Shown here: in pieces, positions 10,426-17,998 of the stretch
Numbering within the stretch: position 1 is the stretch's first letter
How the letters are laid out: every line of letters begins with the position of its first letter
Assembly: GCA_012862495.1 (NCBI GenBank)
Contig: BLSG01000139.1
Span: 18,272-51,031 of the forward strand
Source of the DNA: Thraustochytrium aureum
Lineage: Eukaryota
DNA length: 32,760 bases
Reading direction: 5' to 3'
Notes under the pieces: model-generated
The model's input: only the letters and a program-made list of their open reading frames with translations
What the model was told of the DNA's origin: nothing
Database searches by the model: none
Position numbers and translations under genes: made by a program

Positions 10426-11517
10426 ATGGCAGCGTTCGCCGCCGCGAGCGAGGCGCTCAATGCCGCAGCCCGAAGCGGCGATGCTGGAGCTGTGCGCGAG
10501 CTGCTGCAGGCAGGCCTCGCAGACCCGGGGTACAACTTTGACGAGGCGCTGCGGTCAGCTGCTGGACTCGGGCATTGCGACGTGGTCAAAGCGCTGCTCG
10601 AAGACGCGCGATCCGACCCCAGCGCGTTCGGCCACGCAGCGCTATACCAGAGCTACGCGAACGGCCACGTCAAGGTGACGAGAATGCTCTTGGAGAGCGG
10701 ACGCGTCGAGGAGATTTGTGCGCTCGAGTTTTGCGCAAGGGACGAGTTCGCCGAGCTGCTGGGCAGACTTGTCTCCGTACACGGGCTTGACTCACGTGCC
10801 GGAGACCATATTGCGCTGCGCATGGCATGCTCCATGGGGCAAGAGGCCGCGCTGCGCGTTCTCCTCAACGACCCGCGCGTCGATCCAGGGCATACGGGTA
10901 GCGTGGCGCTAGAATTGGGCATCCAATCGCAAAACGTGTCGGTGGTGGCGGCCTTGCTCAAGGAGCCGAGGGTGGACCTGCTGGCGCGAAACCTGCGCGC
11001 CGTCAAATTGGCGCTGCGGGCGCACAGGCCGGCCATTTGCCGGCTTATTTTGCGAGTGAAGGATGTGCAGGCCGCCATCCCGTCAAGGCTCCGGCACTTG
11101 CCCCAAGTTCGCGAGCATTTTGACGAGCTTGTGCGAGCCGCGCTCGATGCGGCACAGCGCTTGTTGGCATCGCGGGTTCAGCTCCCGGATGCCCTCGCAG
11201 CTCGCGTTGGTGCGCTGGCTTTTCGGAGATGCGCTAATCATTGCGCACTGGCGCAGGGATGGAGCGGAAGCTCGATTTCAACGCGCGCAGGGTCTTGCAG
11301 AGTCGCTCCTTTCGATGCGCCGAAAAAGTGGGCGGCTCTTGATTCGACCGAAAGCGTCGACAGCTCTGGTGAGAATGATGGGGATCTGCTGAACATCAGT
11401 TGGTGGCTCCGATTGTCTACCTTACCCCAGTTCGCGAAAATTTGGAAGGGGAGGAGTGCTCATGCATGCCCTTCGGCGGCCTTGGCTCAGATTCCGCTTC
11501 CCGAGTGTGCCTTGTAG
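10426..11517 (+). CDS. Ankyrin-repeat protein; C-terminal end uncertain
   Basis: Repeats such as ALNAAARSGDAGAVRELL, ALRSAAGLGHCDVVKALLEDARSDPS and ALRMACSMGQEAALRVLLNDPRVDP. First ATG at 10426. The ORF end overlaps the convergent gene by 31 bp, so a frame break near 11220 with a stop at 11392 is possible. Confidence 0.82.
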   Translation: MAAFAAASEALNAAARSGDAGAVRELLQAGLADPGYNFDEALRSAAGLGHCDVVKALLEDARSDPSAFGHAALYQSYANGHVKVTRMLLESGRVEEICALEFCARDEFAELLGRLVSVHGLDSRAGDHIALRMACSMGQEAALRVLLNDPRVDPGHTGSVALELGIQSQNVSVVAALLKEPRVDLLARNLRAVKLALRAHRPAICRLILRVKDVQAAIPSRLRHLPQVREHFDELVRAALDAAQRLLASRVQLPDALAARVGALAFRRCANHCALAQGWSGSSISTRAGSCRVAPFDAPKKWAALDSTESVDSSGENDGDLLNISWWLRLSTLPQFAKIWKGRSAHACPSAALAQIPLPECAL

Positions 11518-11885
11518 CCAAAATACGAGACGGACGCGAAGATGCAGTTGCCAATAAAGTCGAGGGCGAGAAACTCGGTAAACATGCCTGAGCGCCAGCC
11601 CCACGCGTTGAAGGCGAAGAAGGGCACCATGGAGAATCCCAAAAGTTTGTAAAGCTCGGCGCTCGGCGTGACAGTTGTCATGACGAGGCCAAGGAGCGTT
11701 GCCTGAGCGCCAAAGCATCGAAGCATCAGCGCGGTCGTGGGCGAGTTGTGTTGATACTTGGGAGTCAGGCACAGTTTTTCCACAGAGCTGGGGTGGAACA
11801 GGCACCAGGCGCCGAGTCCCAAGTACGGCCCAACGAAGAGGGCCTGATAAGTCTCCATTCCGCAAATGGTTTGCTCCACCGCCAT
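11487..11885 (-). CDS. Small (132 aa) uncharacterised multi-pass membrane protein
   Basis: ATG at 11885 and four hydrophobic segments (PYLGLGAWCLFHP; LMLRCFGAQATLLGLVM; LLGFSMVPFFAFNAW; FLALDFIGNCIFASVSYFGY). Confidence 0.75.
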   Translation of the reverse strand: MAVEQTICGMETYQALFVGPYLGLGAWCLFHPSSVEKLCLTPKYQHNSPTTALMLRCFGAQATLLGLVMTTVTPSAELYKLLGFSMVPFFAFNAWGWRSGMFTEFLALDFIGNCIFASVSYFGYKAHSGSGI

Positions 11886-11890
11886 GGCTA

Positions 11891-11967
11891 GGAAGCGTGG
11901 CGCTCGCACAGGAAGCGTGGCGCTCGCACGGAAGCGTGGCGCTCGCACGGAAGCGTGGCGCTCGCAC
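11891..11967. repeat. 19-bp tandem repeat x4 (GGAAGCGTGGCGCTCGCAC)
   Basis: Copies start at 11891, 11911, 11930 and 11949. The array lies 5 bp from the ATG of the small membrane protein. Confidence 0.92.
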
Positions 11968-12100
11968 AAGCGCTGTTCTCTCCTACTTGCGGTACTGGCA
12001 CGAGTCGGTGGAGTATCTTGCTGCAACAGCAGCTGTGTGTCATAAACAATTGCGGGCCAGCCTTGCCAGACCGGGTGGAGAAGTTTCTCAAAGCGCTTCC

Positions 12101-12171
12101 TCTCCCATGGTGTAGTGGTAACACAATTGACTTTGAATCAATAGCTCTGGGTTCGATTCCCGGTGGGAGAA
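12101..12171 (+). tRNA. tRNA-Gln, anticodon UUG
   Basis: Acceptor stem TCTCCCA/TGGGAGA; D arm GTGTAGTGGTAACAC; anticodon arm ATTGA-CTTTGAA-TCAAT; T arm CTGGG-TTCGATT-CCCGG; no encoded CCA. Confidence 0.95.
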
Positions 12172-12172
12172 C

Positions 12173-12178
12173 TTTTTT
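12173..12178 (+). terminator. RNA polymerase III oligo-T terminator of tRNA-Gln
   Basis: TTTTTT begins 2 nt after the discriminator base. Confidence 0.8.
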
Positions 12179-12575
12179 GTTGGGTCAGAGGTCTCAGTCC
12201 TACCTGACAAGGATAGNNNNNNNNNNNNNNNNNNNNNNNNNNNNNNNNNNNNNNNNNNNNNNNNNNNNNNNNNNNNNNNNNNNNNNNNNNNNNNNNNNNN
12301 NNNNNNNNNNNNNNNNNNNNNNNNNNNNNNNNNNNNNNNNNNNNNNNNNNNNNNNNNNNNNNNNNNNNNNNNNNNNNNNNNNNNNNNNNNNNNNNNNNNN
12401 NNNNNNNNNNNNNNNNNNNNNNNNNNNNNNNNNNNNNNNNNNNNNNNNNNNNNNNNNNNNNNNNNNNNNNNNNNNNNNNNNNNNNNNNNNNNNNNNNNNN
12501 NNNNNNNNNNNNNNNNNNNNNNNNNNNNNNNNNNNNNNNNNNNNNCACCTGAACTGGCAAAGGCAATCCCTGATC

Positions 12576-12676
12576 TGGCAAAGCCCGGCAACAATGCGTG
12601 GCAAAGACCCGGCAACAATGCGTGGCAAAGACCCGGCAACAATGCGTGGCAAAGACCCGGCAACAATACCTGGCAA
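12576..12676. repeat. 24-bp tandem repeat, about 4 copies (TGGCAAAGACCCGGCAACAATGCG)
   Basis: Copies start at 12576 (1-nt deletion), 12599, 12623 and 12647 (degenerate end). Lies downstream of LPMO-like gene A. Confidence 0.9.
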
Positions 12677-12739
12677 GGACGACAACAACCCTGCCAATCG
12701 CGCACGTTGAAAGTTACTTTTGAGTATCACCTTACTACT

Positions 12740-13835
12740 CTACACTTGGTATCGCGGGTTGGCGGCTGCCATTGGTTGCTGCGAATGGATCCTGTCCAAC
12801 TGACGACGCTTTTTGTAGATCGTGAAGCCCATCCCCACGGCAAGCACCGAACCCACGACACCGACGCCAACGCCAGCGCTCTGCGCTGTTGAAAGGCCTG
12901 CCGTTTCGTTACCGTTATCGATCGATCCAGCAGCGCTTTGCATGCTCCCAGGCACGCACTGGCTGTAGTATGAATTGTACGTCTTGCACGATGTACCCTG
13001 AGGGCAGCAGGCAACACCCGTGAAGGAATTCCCACCGCATTGGCTCCAAACTGCGTTGGGGCAGTTGACCGTCGGCGCGGGGGTCGGCGGAGCAACTGTG
13101 GGCGCCGTCGGGGCATTTGTTGGAGAACCTGCGAAGGCATGGATCAGGTTAGCTGCGACCCAGTGCTATTTCAACGATAGGTGCAAAAGCGCAGCCATCA
13201 CAACGGCACTCGCCGAACGCTTACCATTTCCAGTGCCGCCCCCGGTGCCGCCATCGGCGCCGCCCCCCGTGCCAATGCAGCCTGGGCTGCCTGCAGTGCA
13301 GGGCTCTAGGGTGGCCTCCGCTGGGCCGACGAGGTACTGCTCGCTGGGGCTCTGGCCAGAATACACCTTGCGGTATGCATCAGCGCTCGCCGGGAGGTGC
13401 TCGATTCCAGCGATCGCCACCATCGGTGTCGGCTTGGCCGGGCCCGCGCTTGAAACGATCTTGACATCCGTGCACTGCACATAAAACTCGACGTTGGTGA
13501 CTTGCTGGTGCGCAGTCCATTCCCAGCGCAAAACGCAGTGCTCGCAAGCTGGGAGAGCTGCCGGAATCGGCGCTTGAAGCGTGTATTGATTGGGCATCGC
13601 AATCGCGTTGACTGCGCCGCACCCAGGGAAAGAGGCGATTTTGAAGAAGTCCGTGGGGTTGCACGGCTCGTTTGCAGGTTTGCCCTCGCAAGAATAGCTC
13701 ACGTACAGGTAGCAGTCACCGGGGTGCGGGGCTTCCATCGTGACGCCGAGCTCGAGGTTCGTGCCAGCCGTAACAGTTGTCAGGGCGGAGGGGGTGTCAA
13801 AGTCATGGCACCGCATTGATGTAGGGCTGTACCCG
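12740..13835 (-). CDS. LPMO-like protein A with CBM1, TM helix and NPRYQV tail; 5' end in gap; exons >13835-13225 and 13128-12740
   Basis: The catalytic-type domain is nearly collinear with paralogue B (RCHDF, HPGDCYLY, CEHCVLRWEWTAHQQ, EFYVQCTDV). After a phase-1 intron the frame reads a P/T linker, CBM1 CPNAVWSQCGGNSFTGVACCPQGTSCKTYNSYYSQCVP, TM AGVGVGVVGSVLAVGMGFTIY, KKRR, ...ANPRYQV*. Confidence 0.85.
13129..13224 (-). other. Spliceosomal intron (96 nt, phase 1) in LPMO-like gene A
   Basis: Donor G|GTAAGC, branch-like GCTAAC and acceptor TTCGCAG|G. Splicing puts CBM1 in frame. Confidence 0.88.
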
Positions 13836-14547
13836 NNNNNNNNNNNNNNNNNNNNNNNNNNNNNNNNNNNNNNNNNNNNNNNNNNNNNNNNNNNNNNNNN
13901 NNNNNNNNNNNNNNNNNNNNNNNNNNNNNNNNNNNNNNNNNNNNNNNNNNNNNNNNNNNNNNNNNNNNNNNNNNNNNNNNNNNNNNNNNNNNNNNNNNNN
14001 NNNNNNNNNNNNNNNNNNNNNNNNNNNNNNNNNNNNNNNNNNNNNNNNNNNNNNNNNNNNNNNNNNNNNNNNNNNNNNNNNNNNNNNNNNNNNNNNNNNN
14101 NNNNNNNNNNNNNNNNNNNNNNNNNNNNNNNNNNNNNNNNNNNNNNNNNNNNNNNNNNNNNNNNNNNNNNNNNNNNNNNNNNNNNNNNNNNNNNNNNNNN
14201 NNNNNNNNNNNNNNNNNNNNNNNNNNNNNNNNNNNNNNNNNNNNNNNNNNNNNNNNNNNNNNNNNNNNNNNNNNNNNNNNNNNNNNNNNNNNNNNNNNNN
14301 NNNNNNNNNNNNNNNNNNNNNNNNNNNNNNNNNNNNNNNNNNNNNNNNNNNNNNNNNNNNNNNNNNNNNNNNNNNNNNNNNNNNNNNNNNNNNNNNNNGT
14401 CTGTCTAATCACAATTTACAAGCGGTGCCTGGCGCAGTCGCGCACGCCAAACATGACCAAGGCATGGTCGATACTGGTTGTAAATGCGGTCGCGCGTCTG
14501 CGGCGCGCGACGCACTGGGAAAGGCGATCTTCAAATGGCTCGAGGGG

Positions 14548-16113
14548 CTAGTCGAGCACTGCCACTGTTTGGCGTCGCGCGAGCCAGGCCGTGCCAAGGT
14601 CATCGTGGCTCGGAAGGCGGTCGAAAAGGGCCAGTGCAGCAGCGCGGAGATGATCGAGTCGACGCGAGCCCGACGGTAACGGGACGACGAGCAAAAATAC
14701 GAGCGCAGGCCCATAGAACGAGAGACCGAGCAGGGTGCAAAAATGCAGCGCTGCGGCCCACACGACGCAGACCAGAAAAAGCAGCATGAGCATAACTGAG
14801 GTGGCCAGAGGGTCTGAAAAGTTCCACGCATTCACAGCCTTCTCAAGCAGCGTCGCGCCAATGTCGGCGGCCTGAGCCGCCTGATCAAACTTTCGCGCAA
14901 CTCTGGCAAGGCGCACCACTGTCGAGAGGCCCTGGTCGGGGTCTTGGTCGATATCTTGGTTGAAGATGACCCAGTTGTAGTTCTCGTGGTGCACCTTTTT
15001 GCTGAGAATGCACATGGCGGTGAGAAGGGCATACAGGAGGAGCGGCGCGGCCCATTGAGGCAGCCACCGAGCCGCCGCGAGAGCAAGGGCGCAGACGCCC
15101 CCCGACAGCAGCGGCTGGTCCCAGCTGCGCAAGTGAAAAAGCAAAACAACTGGGAGACTAGAGAGCATCTCGAGTAGCGACGTTTCGATGCGCGCCGCGT
15201 TGCGCTTGATGTCGTTCACGCTGGCCAAAAGCTCTTGCGGCAAGCTGAGAGCGCGAACGCGGTCGTCTGCGCCAGCGTCGCGGCGTCGGCTGCGGTGCGC
15301 CGGGATGTATCTGCGGTTGGCCAAATAGAGCGGCCATAGAATGCGCTTGGGGCCAAAGATGTCGAGCTCGTGGCGCACTGTCAAGTGGAGGGAGCCGTCG
15401 TAGGCTTCCTTGTCGAGGCCTGTGCCAAGCGCCTTGCGATGGCCCGGAACGCCAAGCTTGTAGGTTGCGCTACTCGCGGGCGTGGGCGGCGGCAGCAAAG
15501 CATAGACGGCGGTGCGGCTCTGGCGGGCGCCTCGGTCCAGCAACGCAAAGAAAGGGACGACCAAAGTCCCGATGCACTTGTCCTTGGCGGACAGCGCGCT
15601 GCTGCTAAAGACGCGGATCGAGAAAGAGCCTGCAATGTCGGTGACTGGGAGCCGTGCCTCGAGCTCCCACACGAAAATGGTCCCGGCTGTTTGAAACGCA
15701 ATCGGTGATTGGATGGTCTCGCCTTCCACGCTCAGCTCAAACCACGCTTTGCTTGCGTCCTCGCAAACCAGGGATTTGACCCGGACTTTGAGGAAGCCGA
15801 TGCGCTCTCTCTTCGCTAGACCCAGCTGCTCGTCGCTCTCTTCGCAGAGGCCGAGGGGTGCCAGCTTGCCGCCAAGGAGCCAGTTACCCTCGGCTTGCGC
15901 CGAGTCGCGCTCGTCCGCGTTGGCGCCCGCAGCAGAGGCATCGTCCGCGCCGAGCTCGCCGAGGTCGACCACGAGCTTCCTGAACGCGGTCGACTCGAGT
16001 ACCGTGTTTTCCACGTTGCGCAGCTCGCGTTTGATCTTGGACCTCCATTTGTCTTTGGTCTCGGCCCAGTCCAGCTCGAGCGACTGGAGCCAGCGCTCGC
16101 CCGGGTTGTCCAT
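14548..16113 (-). CDS. C2 domain membrane protein with MCTP/PRT_C-like C-terminus; divergent paralogue of 7186..10134
   Basis: C2-like IGFLKVRVKSL...FVWELEARLPVTDIAGSFSIRVF...CIGTLVVP; TM hairpins; EKAVNAWNFSDPLAT and DRLPSHDDLG motifs. Start assigned to the ATG at 16113; an upstream in-frame ATG lies at 16359. Confidence 0.78.
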   Translation of the reverse strand: MDNPGERWLQSLELDWAETKDKWRSKIKRELRNVENTVLESTAFRKLVVDLGELGADDASAAGANADERDSAQAEGNWLLGGKLAPLGLCEESDEQLGLAKRERIGFLKVRVKSLVCEDASKAWFELSVEGETIQSPIAFQTAGTIFVWELEARLPVTDIAGSFSIRVFSSSALSAKDKCIGTLVVPFFALLDRGARQSRTAVYALLPPPTPASSATYKLGVPGHRKALGTGLDKEAYDGSLHLTVRHELDIFGPKRILWPLYLANRRYIPAHRSRRRDAGADDRVRALSLPQELLASVNDIKRNAARIETSLLEMLSSLPVVLLFHLRSWDQPLLSGGVCALALAAARWLPQWAAPLLLYALLTAMCILSKKVHHENYNWVIFNQDIDQDPDQGLSTVVRLARVARKFDQAAQAADIGATLLEKAVNAWNFSDPLATSVMLMLLFLVCVVWAAALHFCTLLGLSFYGPALVFLLVVPLPSGSRRLDHLRAAALALFDRLPSHDDLGTAWLARRQTVAVLD

Positions 16114-16408
16114 GTCGGCGGCGGAGGAGGAGGCCCGTTGAGGTCGACTTGGCCTGGCGCTGTGGGCCGATAACTCGTAGCGCGGGGAGGGCTTGCTGGC
16201 TTCAGCTGGGACGATCGCCGCGCCGGCTGTGCGCGCTCTCGTGTGCGGCCTGGCCTGTTCCGTTCGCGGCACTGCACGGGCTGTGACGCAGTGAACAAGT
16301 GAACACCACAACAGTGACAACACCAGCGAAATAGAACAAGGAGCGCCACGAACGAACATGAGCACTGCTGACGACGTGGCTGACGAGCTCGCTAGCTGTC
16401 GGGCTTGC

Positions 16409-16468
16409 GCGGGCTCGCTTGGCTGGCGGGCTCGCTTGGCTGGCGGGCTCGCTTGGCTGGCGGGCTCG
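16409..16468. repeat. 17-bp tandem repeat x3.5 (GCGGGCTCGCTTGGCTG)
   Basis: Copies start at 16409, 16426, 16443 and 16460 (partial). Confidence 0.88.
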
Positions 16469-16691
16469 GCGACATCAGCGACTTGAGTCACTGGAGCTCG
16501 ATGCGACCTCGCGCAAGCTGCGCCAGGCGCGGCGCGGGAACGCAGCGAGAGTTGCTCTGAACGAGATAGAGATAGAGCTGGTCAGGCCACGGTTCTATCT
16601 CGTTCATCCAAGGGTGGTGCAGCGTCCTGACAGCCGTGAAACTCTGCATGAGGAATCGTGGAGGTTTGCAAATACTAGCGTTTTGTTGTGT

Positions 16692-17998
16692 CTACACTTG
16701 GTAGCGCGGGTTGGCGTTGGCGACCATGCCTTGGGGCGGCATGGACTTCAGCTGGTCTTGCTGGCGCTTCTTCTTGTACAAGGTGAAGCCCATCCCGGCA
16801 GCAAAAAGTGACCCGACGATGCCGACGCCGAGTCCAGCGCTCTGCGCGGTGGTCAATCCAGCGGTGTTGCCCGCGGAGTCGACCGAGCCGGCCTCAAGCT
16901 GGCCAGCGCCAGGAATGCACTGCGAGTACCATTCGCTCTGAAAGTTGCAAATCGTCCCGGCGGGGCAGCACTCTGCGCCTGTGAACGTCTTGCCACCGCA
17001 CTTGGCCCAGACACGGTTCGGGCAGTTGACAGACGGCGGGGGGGTCGGGACTGGTGTAGGAGCTGGCTGGCCTGTGTTTGGGAAACGAGTCCAGGCGGTT
17101 ATCGGAACGCAAGCAGCGCAGTCGTCAGTATTGGAACAAATCCGGCATGCACTACGGCGGGCTGCAAATTCCGCTTACCTCCTCCAGTGCCGCCGTCACC
17201 AGTGCCGCCGCCAGTGCCGCCGCCAGTGCCGCCGTCGGTGCCACCAGCTCCGGTCCCGCCGGCCCCGACGCAGCCCGGGCTGCCTGCGGTGCAGGCCGTG
17301 AACGTGGCCTGAGCAGGGCCGACAAGGTACTGCGGCCCGGGGCCCTCGCCGTTGTACACCTTGCGGTACGCCGCCGCGGTGTTCGGAAGGTGCTGAATGC
17401 CGGCGATGGCAACCATGGGGCTCGGCTTTGCAGGCGGCGCGTTGGAAACAATCTTGACGTCTGCGCACTGCACGTAAAACTCGATGTCGACGACCTGCTG
17501 GTGCGCCGTCCACTCCCAGCGCGGCACGCAGTGCTCACAAGCGGGCAGAGCTGCCGGGATGACCGTGTTCAGAGTGAAGGCGCCCGGGGGCGCGATCGAG
17601 TTGACGGCGCCGCAGCCCGGGAACGACGCGATCTTGAAAAAGTCTGTTGGCTCGCACGGCTCGGTCGCGGGTTTGCCCTCGCACGAGTAGCTCATGTACA
17701 GGTAGCAATCGCCAGGGTGTGCGGCCTCGAGCGAGATGTCCAGGCCGAGGTTCTGCCCGGCTGTGATGGTGGTCAGCGCAGAGGGCTGCTTAAAGTCGTG
17801 GCACCGCATCGAGGTGGGGCTGTACCCGCCGCGGTTGCCGGCGAGGACGTAGACGGGCGCGCGCTGCTCGTGGCTCACCGCCCTGCCGATCGAGTCGCCG
17901 CGGGGCGTGGGCTTGATGAGCTGCCCGTGCCCGCTGGCCGGGTCGGCAAGAGCCGCGAGGGCGGCGAACGCGGCGGCAGTTGCGGCGAGAACCTTCAT
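16692..17998 (-). CDS. LPMO-like (His-brace) protein B, 399 aa: signal peptide, LPMO-like domain, G/P/T linker, CBM1, TM helix, NPRYQV; exons 17998-17179 and 17071-16692
   Basis: Signal peptide MKVLAATAAAFAALAALADPASG is followed directly by His (HGQLIKPTPR). Second His in AAHPGDC; EFYVQCADV. Exons of 820+380 = 1200 nt are in frame. CBM1 CPNRVWAKCGGKTFTGAECCPAGTICNFQSEWYSQCIP; TM AGLGVGIVGSLFAAGMGFTLY; KKKR...ANANPRYQV*. Confidence 0.9.
17072..17178 (-). other. Spliceosomal intron (107 nt, phase 1) in LPMO-like gene B
   Basis: Donor G|GTAAGC, branch-like TACTGAC and acceptor ACACAG|G. Same position and phase as in gene A. Confidence 0.88.

Noticed and set aside
10426..11220. Ankyrin gene as a giant-virus insertion
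   Set aside because: The DPRVDP-type repeats are suggestive, but base composition matches the host and there are no viral hallmark genes or insertion boundaries.
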